The notes under the pieces were generated by a model. The model searched no databases. It was not told where the DNA came from and was given only the letters and a program-made list of their open reading frames with translations. DNA of 63,058 nt, the filler included, from Octopus bimaculoides (taxonomy: Eukaryota), in NCBI RefSeq assembly GCF_001194135.2. It is 5 parts of 5 records of this genome, joined end to end, with 100 filler letters (N's around TTAATTAATTAA, not from the genome) between each part and the next. Parts side by side here need not be neighbours in the genome. Positions count along the whole stretch, not along the records: positions 1 to 19,084 come from NC_069003.1; positions 19,185 to 40,411 come from NC_068985.1; 3 more parts are not named here. One strand, 5' to 3'. Each line of letters opens with the position of its first letter. Position 1 is the stretch's first letter. The position numbers were made by a program, and so were the translations under genes. This document shows positions 13,172 to 25,954 of this stretch, one piece after another.

Positions 13172-13331
13172 AAGGTTGATTATTATGGCCGGTCAGAGAG
13201 TGACCATTGGTTTCGCACCTGTAAAGCGCTTGGCTGAGTAGGCGACTCATTAGACACAAATGGCCGGTGGCACATAAAACCTAGGTGCGGATCCAACGGT
13301 CACTCTCTAACCAGCCATAACAATCAACCTT
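13172..13331. mobile_element. MITE-like element with ~48-bp inverted arms
   Basis: Arms 13172-13220 and 13283-13331, six non-Watson-Crick positions. Confidence 0.7.
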
Positions 13332-14015
13332 CTATAAATACACACACACGCACACACACACACACATACACACTCAGTGTATTTATATGTGTTGAGTATT
13401 GGAGGGAGAAAGAAAGAGGGAGGGAGAGATGAGAGAGTGAGAGGGAGAGGGAGGAATCATTGAGCGATGGAGAGAAAAGAGAGAAGAATGAAGAGATATG
13501 TTACATATATGAATTGAAGCGTATGGCATGAGGGTTAAAGTCCCCTGTAGCGAGAGAACCTTGTAACTTTCGTTTTCTATTTACATATTTTTATATATTC
13601 ACAGAGAAAGATAGATGTTGGTTTAGATACATTAAAGGGTGACATGGAGTAAAATCCCATGTAGTAAAAGAATTTTGTAATTTTTCTTTACCATTTTATA
13701 TCGCTACATTTTCTTTTTCATAAATTCACTGACTTAACTCGTAGAAATTGCGTTTTATAACCAGCAGCGACTACTTTATCATTAAATTATTCCTTTTCGT
13801 GTGAAATAAATAACTAAATAAATAAAAATAAATATATAAAAAAAATATTTTTCAAAAATGCCTATATTTTTGGCAACTCAAACAGGTGCCCTCAGTTAAT
13901 TCAGCCTTACTGAACTTAGTGTTTATTTAATCCTTCAACTATTTATTTACATGTTCAGTAAATCCCGCACCTCCTTCAACAGCTACACCCACAAACACAT
14001 TCACGCGCGCTCGCG

Positions 14016-14061
<46 letters not shown>

Positions 14062-14654
14062 NNNNNNNNNNNNNNNNNNNNNNNNNNNNNNNNNNNNNNN
14101 NNNNNNNNNNNNNNNNNNNNNNNNNNNNNNNNNNNNNNNNNNNNNNNNNNNNNNNNNNNNNNNNNNNNNNNNNNNNNNNNNNNNNNNNNNNNNNNNNNNN
14201 NNNNNNNNNNNNNNNNNNNNNNNNNNNNNNNNNNNNNNNNNNNNNNNNNNNNNNNNNNNNNNNNNNNNNNNNNNNNNNNNNNNNNNNNNNNNNNNNNNNN
14301 NNNNNNNNNNNNNNNNNNNNNNNNNNNNNNNNNNNNNNNNNNNNNNNNNNNNNNNNNNNNNNNNNNNNNNNNNNNNNNNNNNNNNNNNNNNNNNNNNNNN
14401 NNNNNNNNNNNNNNNNNNNNNNNNNNNNNNNNNNNNNNNNNNNNNNNNNNNNNNNNNNNNNNNNNNNNNNNNNNNNNNNNNNNNNNNNNNNNNNNNNNNN
14501 NNNNNNNNNNNNNNNNNNNNNNNNNNNNNNNNNNNNNNNNNNNNNNNNNNNNNNNNNNNNNNNNNNNNNNNNNNNNNNNNNNNNNNNNNNNNNNNNNNNN
14601 NNNNNNNNNNNNNNNNNNNNNNNNNNNNNNNNNNNNNNNNNNNNNNNNNNNNNN

Positions 14655-14737
<83 letters not shown>

Positions 14738-15529
14738 CCTCGTGCGTGCACGTAGGTGAGAGCGAGAAAAGAAGGGGAGGGGGAGATCGTGCCTATATGA
14801 ATATTTGTGCAAATACGAATATATGTTTGTGAGTGAATGTAAGCCATAACACATCGACTCCAGATGGTTGGGTATGAGAGCTGACACTGCTCCACAGCTC
14901 AGTACGGATGGCGCTGGCATCGAAGCCTACGCTTCATGCATCTCCTATGTACATCACTTCAAAATAGGAAGATAACAATATATATATATACTGATGTGGG
15001 GGGGGGGGGNNNNNNNNNNNNNNNNNNNNNNNNNNNNNNNNNNNNNNNNNNNNNNNNNNNNNNNNNNNNNNNNNNNNNNNNNNNNNNNNNNNNNNNNNNN
15101 NNNNNNNNNNNNNNNNNNNNNNNNNNNNNNNNNNNNNNNNNNNNNNNNNNNNNNNNNNNNNNNNNNNNNNNNNNNNNNNNNNNNNNNNNNNNNNNNNNNN
15201 NNNNNNNNNNNNNNNNNNNCGACTCCAGATGGTTGGGTATGAGAGCTGACACTGCTCCACAGCTCAGTACGGATGGCGCTGGCATCGAAGCCTACGCTTC
15301 ATGCATCTCCTATGTACATCACTTCAAAATAGGAAGATAACAATATATATATATACATTCAGACAGCAAATATATATATAATATGAATGGTTATAATTTA
15401 AATACTATTTACTTAGGGTCGACTTCTAACAAAATTAAATTACGTGTGGCTCAACATATGAATTCTTTTAAGAATAGAAATTTAATGAATTCTACTGGCC
15501 TTAGTAAATATATCCGGGAACTAAAATCC

Positions 15530-16021
15530 TCAACAAGCACGGCATAGCCAACCCTCCTTTTAACGGGTGTTGGCAGCAAACGGATCGCCTGACCATCGGA
15601 ATGCATCCTTTTTATAAGAAGTGGAAGAGAATGCGTTCTAGTTTGGTGATGGTAGGGTCGGGACAAGGCATGACGGTCAGGCGTTAGTCGATGACGGACG
15701 CGATTTACGTGTTCGCCACTTCCGCCCGACCTTTTAGAGACAGCTTCCTCTCGGCCCATTGCCGGGCGAGAGTGACCACCCTACTCGTTTCAGTTCTTCT
15801 CCGTTTGGAGGTCCGGACCAAACCAGACCCCGAGCAACTCGACCGGACCGTCGGTTCAGCGTCCCACGACGGAGGCGCTGCTGGACGGCATCAGCTTGCT
15901 TCTCCAGGTGCCCAGCCGCAAGCCCACTGACTTTTCCCGGTTGATTTTCGCTCCTGTTACCGCTTCGTAGTCTTTCAGTGTCTCGCCGACCAGCTCTATA
16001 TGCTTCTGGCTAGACATAACA
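15530..16021 (-). mobile_element. Tx1/L1-clade non-LTR retrotransposon RT C-terminal fragment (dead)
   Basis: GC-rich island translating HIELVGETLKDYEAVTGAKINREKSVGLRLGTW...LLGVWFGPDL...WAERKLSLKGRAEVANT...KGGLAMP, with several stops. Confidence 0.85.
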
Positions 16022-19000
16022 CTAATCAGTTAGTTATCCTCAAGAGAGAAGTAACGGCACACTCTATAGATATAGAGCAGTTATATTTTTAGATAGTCAA
16101 GCAATATATTACTGGTTATGACACCTGGTTATATTGTCTAGTGACAATATTCGGCGCGAAACCGACGGTAACATTCAGAATAGTTACAATCAGGAATAAA
16201 TTGTATGCCAATATATTCCATGGCTGGAATGCTTTTGGTTGTAGGTCATCTCAGTTAGAGCTGGTGTGAGGAGAAACAAGAACAACTGTATTGGCACAAG
16301 TGTTTGCTTAATCAAGTTTCCTCTTTAACTGTTTTGTTTTTTTCTGTTGGGTCTTCAGTGTTGACAGAATTGAAATGTTTCACAGTGGCTATAGTGTCTC
16401 CCAGTATCTCATACAAATACTATATTGTACAATCCCTACTACTACTATGACATCAAAATATATGCGTCGGTCTTTACATTGTTTCACTTGTGTGTAAATG
16501 TTAGTTTGACAAGGCTTGCAGAAGTACAATTCCTCGTCATACGATTATACATCTATTTCCCGATCCTGCTGAAAGATTATCAGTTGTTGTCTGTGACTTT
16601 TGTAAAGTATTTTTAACTATGACAAGACGTGGAAGCATCAGACGTTTCGTGCACTTTGAACGAAGGCTCACTAATCTAGAAATTAGGACGACATTATTCA
16701 CTAATCTAGAAATTAGGACGACATTATTCACTGCTATATGCTTTAACGGAGATTTGGTTATTATTCCAGACACATTAAAGAAGTTCCGTAAAATGATGCG
16801 AATCATCCATAACATTCAGAAAGTTTTTATTTTATCAAATTTTTAAAAAATAACGAATACTAAAATTGTTTTAAAACAGGGAGGAGTACTTTACTGCAAA
16901 GGAGTGCTCATATATTTTACTGCAAGCAAATGCACATTCCCTAGTGCAGTACATTAAAATCTTAAGTGTTCTAAATATTCTGGCATTTTCCGACTGTTTT
17001 CAAATACTTGCGGCACACTTGCAGATGTGCCTCGGCACGGTGGCTGAAGCTGTCTAATCTTAAATGAAATATCTACCTAGCATCAAAGGAAGAACGTTAA
17101 TTGCTGATAAGTGGAATATGCTATGAATTATAGTGAACTCCTTTAACATGTAAACGTTTAATACCGACATGCCACCTGTTGAGAAACAGAATAATACTAC
17201 TTATTATTTTTTTTATCTTCTATACTTTGGAAGAGTTTTAGATTTGATTCCAATGATCAAAATAACAAAGTTCGTCAGCTTCTGAGGAACAATAAGTGTT
17301 TTTTCTAATTAAAGCTTTGAATTAATTTTTCATCTGTTTTGTATATGTTCTATACTATATCCAGCGGATATGCTTATATCTTATACAACATATATTCTAT
17401 GTCAACCTAAAATTTTCAGTAATTTGTACATTAAATTAAAGAGTAGTCATTTAACACAGCATTACACATGATTTTAGGGTCTTCCACTACTTGTACCAAA
17501 TTATGTGTGTTTCTCGACTTATATACTTGCTTCCGGTTGGTTTATTTGATCTGTTTCCTCCCAGGCATGGGTCGTTCATCATATATTTATTTAGATCATA
17601 TTTACTTGATATACTAATAGAAAAATGTAATTTCAATATTTCTATTGTGACAATTCTTGGATGCGAGAAGTAATTTACAATAAGAATTATAGATGTTATA
17701 CATTTATATCAGCCTCTCCCCACCCGCTTCATTACTTTCCTAATTTCGAAATACAGCAACATTTCGGTGTTAGAGTTTTTCGGCAAACTTATCGTATCTG
17801 CTTTGAATAAGATAAACACTATCACTCGATACAACTTCTACAGAGCGATCAAGATAAACTGTCATTTTCTTATCAGACGCAAAAAAGATATCAACAGAGA
17901 AAGTGAGAAAGACATTAGATATTGTACAACAAGGAGCTTGTTAATATGTTTTATATCATGGCTAAATAAATATAGAGTAATCGTAAGTGGCAATATAATA
18001 GAAAAGTAAGATGTGGGACGGGGTGAGTGGGGAGAGACATGAGGAAAGGCTTTAAGAATAATTATGGACGAACTCCTCTAACAAATGTGAATGAAGATTA
18101 AACAATATTTAATAACATTAGTTTTGAATAGTGTGTTGAAAAGTTCCTGTGTGAGTCTGAATGCATATAATAAAGAGTGAATTTAGAGAGGAACTAAGAT
18201 ATATGATTAAGAACCGGTCCTACAAATGTGGTAGATTTAAAAGAAAGCAATATAATATGTGATGAAAAGATAAAGAAAACAGTGGGAAACTAAGAAGTTA
18301 GAAAAAGGAAGAAAAGTCTGAGGTGACAAATTAGTAGAGGGAAAAGAAATGAGCGGAGAATAAAATAAACATTTCTTAGTTTCGTAAGTGAAAAATCTTC
18401 TTTTGCGAAGTCGAAATAAGTAAGATATCGTCTGCTGTGCTTCAATGAGTAACAACAAGCCATTTATCCCAAAGATCAACACCTTTTAGTAAGCTTAAAT
18501 TTCCTTGCAAGTTCTGTGTTTGCGAGCTGAGATTCCTTCTCTTCGTTTACAATCTCCTAAAACAATTTGAATCATCATTAAAACGAGAGAGAGCGGCAAT
18601 ATTTTCAAAAAGACAGCCAACTTGTTCGTCTCGTGAAATGATCGCTTCCAACGCCGCTTCACCGTTTCACTTCAAAAAAGCTCTTCAACCCCTTCTATTC
18701 ACTTTTATTTATTTTTCTTTATGCTTTTCTTTCTTTTTTCTCCCTTTTTACTTTTCTTTTCTCTTTCGCTTTCATCCCATCTCTGCCTAATTCTCTTTAT
18801 TTTATGGTTGAATGTTTCGAGTAAACACTTGTTATCTGATCTTGTTTCAACTCATGTCTCCGGTTATCTATGTATGATACGGAGACCCCAGCAATGTAAC
18901 ATCGAATTAATTTCATTTGTACTAAAACTATTTCTGTCAGAAATACAACTTTTGGCGTTGTTGTTGTTGTTGTTTTAATTGAAAAATATTTTCATGATAG

Positions 19001-19307
19001 TCTTTTATAAGAGAGACTGTATTAATACATTCTGTCAGTGGCGGCTTGAAACAAAGAACAAAATACAACGACTACCAGCTTAATNNNNNNNNNNNNNNNN
19101 NNNNNNNNNNNNNNNNNNNNNNNNNNNNTTAATTAATTAANNNNNNNNNNNNNNNNNNNNNNNNNNNNNNNNNNNNNNNNNNNNTCCAATGTAGGAGAGG
19201 TACGCATGAGTGGGCTGGCTACACTCCTGGCAGAGGCCTTGGATTTAGGTCTCACTTGGCTTGCCGGGTCTTCTCATGCACAGCACATTTCCAAAGGTCT
19301 CGGTCAG

Positions 19308-19352
<45 letters not shown>

Positions 19353-19370
19353 ATGTATGTATATATATAT

Positions 19371-19512
19371 TTCTATCTACCAAATGCATTCACAAGGCTT
19401 TGATCAGCTCTAGGCTATAGTGAAAGACACTTGCCCATAATGCTACATGGTGGGACTGAACCTCAAAATCATGTGTTTAGGAAGCCAAGTTCTAAACTAC
19501 ACAATCATGTCT
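19371..19512 (-). mobile_element. SINE family A head, diverged
   Basis: TCACAAGGCTTTG...CTATAG...ACACTTGCCC...GGGACTGAACC similarity. Confidence 0.75.
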
Positions 19513-19519
19513 ATTCTCA

Positions 19520-19745
19520 CACAGCCACACTTGTACCTATATAGTCACACCTGCACCTATACTGTCATACTTACACCTATACAGTCACACCTGCACCCAT
19601 ATAGCCACACCTGCACCTATACAGTCACACATGCACCCATAGTCACACCTGCACCTATACAGTCACACTTCCACTTATACAGTCATGCCTGCACCTATTG
19701 TCACACTTGCACTCCATGCCTGCACTTACACATGTACATCTGCAC
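19520..19745. repeat. ~20-bp minisatellite (CACACCTGCACCTATACAGT)n
   Basis: About 10 degenerate tandem units visible. Confidence 0.85.
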
Positions 19746-20171
19746 CTATACATCCTTGTCCCTAATAAAAACAGTGATAACGAGTAATTTGAGAATTGAA
19801 TGACTGAACTCTTCAAGGACCAGCCAAGTGCTTACACTACAATATTCTAAGTAAAATTAGTAATATTTTATAGGGAAAGAATCAAAACATGATTAGAACT
19901 AACCTGACGTAATTTGGACATGGCATCAGAAGAAATGAATTCATTCTTTAAGTAGTGCATCACAAAACACATGACTTGGTGCTGTGTTTGTCCTTGTTCC
20001 TCCTCAGGTAGCACAACAGCTCGGAATATCTGGATCTCCTAAACAAATAACAAACAAAAATTAATTCATTAATTAGAAATCTATATTAATGAGAAAATAA
20101 TTTTTTTTTTTAAACACTGATGGTAAAAGTATTTCTATATGTTTATTATTAACATTTTACATTTGATAACA

Positions 20172-20320
20172 TAGGAGCAGTTGCAGCTATGTGGTTAATA
20201 AGCATGCTTCCTAATCATGTGGACCTGGTTTCAGTCCTATAATACAGCACCTTGGGCAAGTGTCCTTGACCAAAACCTTATGAGTGGACTTGGTAGACAG
20301 AAAATGAAAGAAGTTTATCA
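20172..20320 (+). mobile_element. SINE family A head, diverged
   Basis: CACCTTGGGCAAGTGTC...GAGTGGACTTGGTAGACAGAAA, followed by (TG)/(TA). Confidence 0.75.
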
Positions 20321-20324
20321 TGCA

Positions 20325-20361
<37 letters not shown>

Positions 20362-20982
20362 NNNNNNNNNNNNNNNNNNNNNNNNNNNNNNNNNNNNNNN
20401 NNNNNNNNNNNNNNNNNNNNNNNNNNNNNNNNNNNNNNNNNNNNNNNNNNNNNNNNNNNNNNNNNNNNNNNNNNNNNNNNNNNNNNNNNNNNNNNNNNNN
20501 NNNNNNNNNNNNNNNNNNNNNNNNNNNNNNNNNNNNNNNNNNNNNNNNNNNNNNNNNNNNNNNNNNNNNNNNNNNNNNNNNNNNNNNNNNNNNNNNNNNN
20601 NNNNNNNNNNNNNNNNNNNNNNNNNNNNNNNNNNNNNNNNNNNNNNNNNNNNNNNNNNNNNNNNNNNNNNNNNNNNNNNNNNNNNNNNNNNNNNNNNNNN
20701 NNNNNNNNNNNNNNNNNNNNNNNNNNNNNNNNNNNNNNNNNNNNNNNNNNNNNNNNNNNNNNNNNNNNNNNNNNNNNNNNNNNNNNNNNNNNNNNNNNNN
20801 NNNNNNNNNNNNNNNNNNNNNNNNNNNNNNNNNNNNNNNNNNNNNNNNNNNNNNNNNNNNNNNNNNNNNNNNNNNNNNNNNNNNNNNNNNNNNNNNNNNN
20901 NNNNNNNNNNNNNNNNNNNNNNNNNNNNNNNNNNNNNNNNNNNNNNNNNNNNNNNNNNNNNNNNNNNATATATATATATATA

Positions 20983-21807
20983 CAGGGTGCAATGGGTTAA
21001 TTGTCGCCATTTTATATTGTTAATTTCATGCACATGCATTGTTTGTTTTTGATTTTGTTGACTACACAGTATAGTAGGGTCAGTTGGGCACCATCTGTGA
21101 GAAAAACAGCACCATGATGCAATTCACTCTGCCAGAAATTTGGAAACGACATGTACTGCTTGGCATTCACACCAGAAGCTCCAATACAAACATTTCAGAG
21201 TGTTTATGAATCAATCTGAAGACATCCTGTCAACATCATGGTGTTTGGAGTGATCACTAGTGATGGTGACATTATGTCTCCATTCAACTTCCTACATAGC
21301 CTCAAACTCAACACAGAGGCCTACATGAAGTGCTTGGAGGAGACAGTGCTGCTTTAGGTCAAGAGGGTGGCTGCTGAAAGACCCTATATCTGGCAACAGG
21401 ACTCTGCACCATGCCATACAAGCAGGAGAACCCAGTCATGGCTGTCAGACAATTTCTGTAACCACATCATCTCTAACATCTGTGGGATGCACTTAAGCGA
21501 GAGACCAAGAAAATTTCTTGTAACACCAAAGATTAACTGAAAGCAAGGATTATGGCAGCCTTCACCAACTTAAACAAGGAGACCATCCAGAAGAGTTGCA
21601 AGAGATTCTGAAGTCGTCTGGAGGCCATGGTTGAAGCTAATGGTGATATTATTGAATAAATTTACTCTATTATTTCAAGTTATTTTTATGTATTTTTGGT
21701 AAATACCATAACCATCATCATTTAACATCTGCCTATGTTAAAAATGAGATGTCCGTCTTATTTTCATTTTTGCACAATTTAGGTGACAGTTTATTCACTG
21801 CACCCTG
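20983..21807 (+). mobile_element. Internally deleted maT (DD37D-type) Tc1/mariner element
   Basis: TA|CAGGGTGCAATGG... and ...TCACTGCACCCTG|TA, ~26-bp imperfect TIRs. Remnant VFGVITSDG...WQQDSAPCHTSRRTQSWL...RLEAMVEANGDIIE*. The WPPNSPD..PLDY block is deleted and there are stops. Confidence 0.88.
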
Positions 21808-22413
21808 TATGTATGTATGTATGTATGTATATATATATATATNNNNNNNNNNNNNNNNNNNNNNNNNNNNNNNNNNNNNNNNNNNNNNNNNNNNNNNNNN
21901 NNNNNNNNNNNNNNNNNNNNNNNNNNNNNNNNNNNNNNNNNNNNNNNNNNNNNNNNNNNNNNNNNNNNNNNNNNNNNNNNNNNNNNNNNNNNNNNNNNNN
22001 NNNNNNNNNNNNNNNNNNNNNNNNNNNNNNNNNNNNNNNNNNNNNNNNNNNNNNNNNNNNNNNNNNNNNNNNNNNNNNNNNNNNNNNNNNNNNNNNNNNN
22101 NNNNNNNNNNNNNNNNNNNNNNNNNNNNNNNNNNNNNNNNNNNNNNNNNNNNNNNNNNNNNNNNNNNNNNNNNNNNNNNNNNNNNNNNNNNNNNNNNNNN
22201 NNNNNNNNNNNNNNNNNNNNNNNNNNNCTGAAGGTTATAGACCAGTGAATTCGGTAAATATGCAAAATACATACATTGGGTATATGTGATCAATAATATA
22301 TATATATATATATATATATAATTGGGAGAATATACAAATAATAACAACAGACGAGGACAGGTGGTGGAAATAACAAAAGTATATATTAGTATGACACTCG
22401 GGAATACGGAAAG

Positions 22414-22450
22414 TCTTTGACGTTTCGAGTTACGCTCTTCAACAGAAAGA
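22414..22450 (-). ncRNA. Minimal type I hammerhead-like motif in a Penelope-pLTR-like repeat
   Basis: Minus strand UCUUU-CUGUUGA-A-GAG cguaa CUC-GAAAC-GUC-AAAGA. Stem I is 5 bp perfect, stem III is the palindrome ACGU, and the core has A6 to U. Confidence 0.55.
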
Positions 22451-22478
22451 ATACGGAGACAAGGAGAAAAACACGGAG

Positions 22479-22753
22479 TTGCCAACTAAATGTGGCAGTC
22501 CCATAGAAGACGACGCTACTGTTGTTTTTAGCCCCAGAAGGACATCTCCTCCAGCTGGCTAACGACACACTGTCTGTGTCCGATTAGTATTTGCGAGGAG
22601 AAATCATCATTCCATCTCTAGCCTTATGTGATACACACCGACCCAGGTTACTACCCAGAAACCCAGGTCATTAGCCAGCAGGAGATGTCCTCCTGGGGCT
22701 AAAAAAACAACAGTAGCATCATCCTCTATGGAACCGCCACATTTAGTTGGCAA
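22479..22753. repeat. Inverted repeat, ~88-bp arms
   Basis: 22479-22566 versus the reverse complement of 22667-22753 (TTGCCAACTAAATGTGGC...AGCCCCAG.AGGACATCTCCT..GCTGGCTAA.GAC). Confidence 0.9.
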
Positions 22754-22811
22754 TTATATTTTATGATTCCGTATTGCTACTGTTTACATCTCGCTCAGAA
22801 ATTTAATATTG

Positions 22812-22894
<83 letters not shown>

Positions 22895-23354
22895 GGAGGA
22901 GGGAAAGATTGTCGGAGGTTGGTGAGAGAGGTTGGCGTTAATTGACGAGAGGCAAAGACATTATTCTGCTTAGCGAAGGCATCTGGGAAACGTATAACTA
23001 CTGTCATTCAGAGAAAAACTTCTTTTTATTTTACTGTGAGAAAAGCACTGTTGAAATGTTAAGTGAAATTTGGCAATCGAGGATTGAATCCACACTATGC
23101 CTGTATGAAGCCACTACAAATACCTTGTGGAATAAAAAATTTATCTACTGTCATGGAAAAAGCGTAACTGTAAAAATACAGAATTATCGGAGTAATGGGC
23201 ATTCAAAAAAGTATGTATGTATAGAAATGTATGAATGAAGTCTTTAATGTTTAAGATTCAAATTAAGGAAGTGCAATAATAATGTTTAGCAGTTCAAAAC
23301 TGTGAGTAGTGAAATGCAGAATTAGGTCGGCTGATCATGAGAATCAAATATTGT

Positions 23355-23891
23355 TCACTTCACTAAAATCTGCAGGTGGTATGTGTTATTTCCCTTGGGT
23401 GTTTAAATAAAATATTAGTAATATGTAGTAGATAGTAGGATTCATTGGAGGGGTCCTATTATCGATTTTTTTTTCAAGAATCTAAGTATGTCAAGAGATT
23501 TCCAAACATGAGTTCTACTCACATGTCAAAGTATAAAAGTGATATTGACTGCAAAAATTAGAAATAGGACACACAAAAAATCAATATTCAAAGTAATCGA
23601 ACATAAACAATGAAATGGGTTATTTCCCTTGAGTGTTTTAAAACAAATATTGTACAGGTGCAATGGGTTATTTCCTTTGGGTGTTTTAAAACAAGTAGTT
23701 ATATGAGATAGATACAAAGGTCTCCTCCAAGGGCCATATCATCAATTTTTTTCAACAATCTAAGTATGTCACGAGGTTTCCAGACATAAGTTCTACTCAT
23801 ATGTCAAGTTTCATCAAAATCAATAAAACGATGTAGAAGGAGTTAGCTAACAACGCCACAAACAAACACACACCGATTTTCCACATATGTA

Positions 23892-23900
<9 letters not shown>
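23355..23900 (+). mobile_element. Internally duplicated repeat with Helentron/HINE-like 3' end
   Basis: 23355-23530 resembles 23655-23808. Ends ATGTCAAGTTTCATCAAAATC...GGAGTTAG...CACACACC...TAGTGTG, like non-autonomous Helitron derivatives. Confidence 0.45.
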
Positions 23901-23964
<64 letters not shown>

Positions 23965-23970
<6 letters not shown>

Positions 23971-24078
23971 CTGAAAGGATGAAACACAAAATTGACCTCA
24001 GTGGAATTTGAACTCAGAACATAAAAACAGATGAAATACCACTAAGCAGTCTGATAATTCTGCCAGTTCAATGCCTTA
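23965..24078 (-). mobile_element. SINE family B, partial
   Basis: GAAAGGATGAAA...GGAATTTGAACTCAGAAC...GAAATACCACTAAGCA, reverse of the family B head. Confidence 0.7.
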
Positions 24079-25263
24079 AGTCAAATCATAATATTATAGG
24101 GTATATTGAAGGGACTCTCTCCATCTCTCATTCTATTAATTCCAGTATACACCAAAGTTTTATTATGTGTCCAGGACTCTTCCTTTACTGCATTATTAAT
24201 CTATTTGCTGTCACTTATAACAACTCACAGACATCAGCACCTAAATATGCTGGACATTCATCATTATGTCCATAAACAGAGACTCTGTAAACAGGTTTTA
24301 ATGGGGACACAATTGTTTGATATCTTTCACATCAAGGAAACGGTCTATACTTCACACTCTCTAATCATGGAAAACACAAAATTACAATGACTACATATAC
24401 TAGATGTTGCAATTTCTAATTGTCTTTTCTGATAACTCCACATCATAAAACTACATCCCAAAGACTAGCCTTTTTCTTGAAGGTCGGAAGTACTTCAGCT
24501 CTAATCTAGTGCTGACCCTAAACAAAGCTCAAAAATGACTCAAAATGAAGTACTACTCCCATACTTGAGGTGGTGTCACACACACTCACACACATGGCAT
24601 CATCATCACAGTTTTGATATCCACTTTTCTATGCTTGCAGGAGTCAGATAGAATTCAGTGAAGCAGATTTTCTATGGAATGCTACACTTCCTGTCATCAA
24701 CCCTCACCTGTTTCTAAGTAACTTGCCTCGAATCAAAATATGGCAGAACATCGGTATCAATCACTCATGATTTCAATCCAAACTAAATTGTCTTGCCTAT
24801 CTATGACTTTCAAATGTTAATAGGCATCATATCCAAGCATTATCTTGCAGTGAATTTAGTAAACTAACAAAACACATACAATGAGTATGTATGGTTGATA
24901 ATGTTTACATCACTAGCACTGCTTTTAATTCATTATTGAATTTAATCTTACATGTGCATTGCCCATGGCACATCAGAAAATAGTTCTCACACTATTTACA
25001 TATAGTCATAGACTAATGATTAAATTCATCTCCCCATTTGATTCAGGTACATGATGTTGTCACAAAAATGGTTAAATATTGGTATCCATCACTCCTGAAT
25101 TCGATTCAAAACATGTCTTGACTGTCTATGACTTCCAGGTGTTTTAACCCATTAGCATTTAAACTGGCCATATCCAGCCCAAATATGCTTCCTTACTACA
25201 CCTACCCTTCAATGCCATTATAAAATATCACATCATCATAATTTCAAAGCTACAAAATAAAGC

Positions 25264-25426
25264 ATCATCATCATCGTTTAACGTCTGCTTTCCATGCTAG
25301 CATGGGTTGGACGATTTGACTGAGGACTGGCAAGCCAGAAGGCTGCACCAGGCTCCAATCTGATCTGGCAAAGTTTCTACAGCTGGATGCCCTTCCTAAC
25401 GCCAACCACTCCGAGAGTGTAGTGAA
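25264..25426 (-). mobile_element. RTE-type 3' tail repeat ending in (GAT)n
   Basis: Nearly identical to 27426-27590. More diverged copies at 30285-30425, 30520-30710, 31988-32133, 32465-32640, 39060-39240 and 39272-39430. Confidence 0.75.
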
Positions 25427-25663
25427 CAAAAAAGCATTACATTTGACAGAATAATCTGTATTAACAGTATTAACAGAGGTTGTCCCCAAGCACGCTCTCA
25501 CAGTGAATCCAGCAAACAAACAAAATGCATGCATTGAGTATGTGTGATCAATAACATACATATATATATATATAATTTTTACATTTGCTTTGCTTTTTGA
25601 CTAAGGCTATACCAAATTCACTTCTTCTGTCCATTGAAAGGATGATGAATTCTGGAGAATGTA

Positions 25664-25880
25664 CAAGGTGGTGCTGAAAAGTTCTTGGCTTTAAGGGCAT
25701 TGTGAAAGGCTTGGTTGGAGGCCCAACCTTCTGAGTTCTTTTACAGGGCTTAGGAAAATGGGAGGACCACTGCAATAAGTGTGTGAATCTAGGTGGCGAG
25801 TATGTTGAATAAAATCATAGTTAACTGATCATCCTGTATTTTCTTTTACCCAAAGCTAGGAATTTTTCAGCACCCCCTTG
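25664..25880 (+). mobile_element. mariner-derived MITE
   Basis: TA|CAAGGTGGTGCTGAAAAGTTCTTGGCTTT ... AAAGCTAGGAATTTTTCAGCACCCCCTTG|TA; retains the mariner C-terminus KCVNLGGEYVE*. Confidence 0.85.
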
Positions 25881-25954
25881 TAATTTTATCAAAAGTGACT
25901 TCATTGTTAATGTATGTTATTGAATACCAATGATAGATGTCCTTGTGAAAATCT

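Noticed and set aside
14855-15356. ~135-bp direct duplication with a short ORF (RWLGMRADTAPQ...)
   Set aside because: The copies straddle a gap and are identical, so likely an assembly artefact; the peptide has no Wnt similarity or splice support. The same applies to the duplications at ~46000-46100 and ~48150-48200.
16671-16730. 30-bp perfect tandem duplication; also ~54-bp duplication at ~8003-8110
   Set aside because: Ordinary slippage duplications, two units only; not CRISPR-like (no spacers).
19129-19140. TTAATTAATTAA islands inside N runs (also 40456-40467, 53069-53080, 60233-60244)
   Set aside because: Identical palindromic 12-mer with stops in all six frames, always centred in gaps; a scaffolding spacer, not biology.
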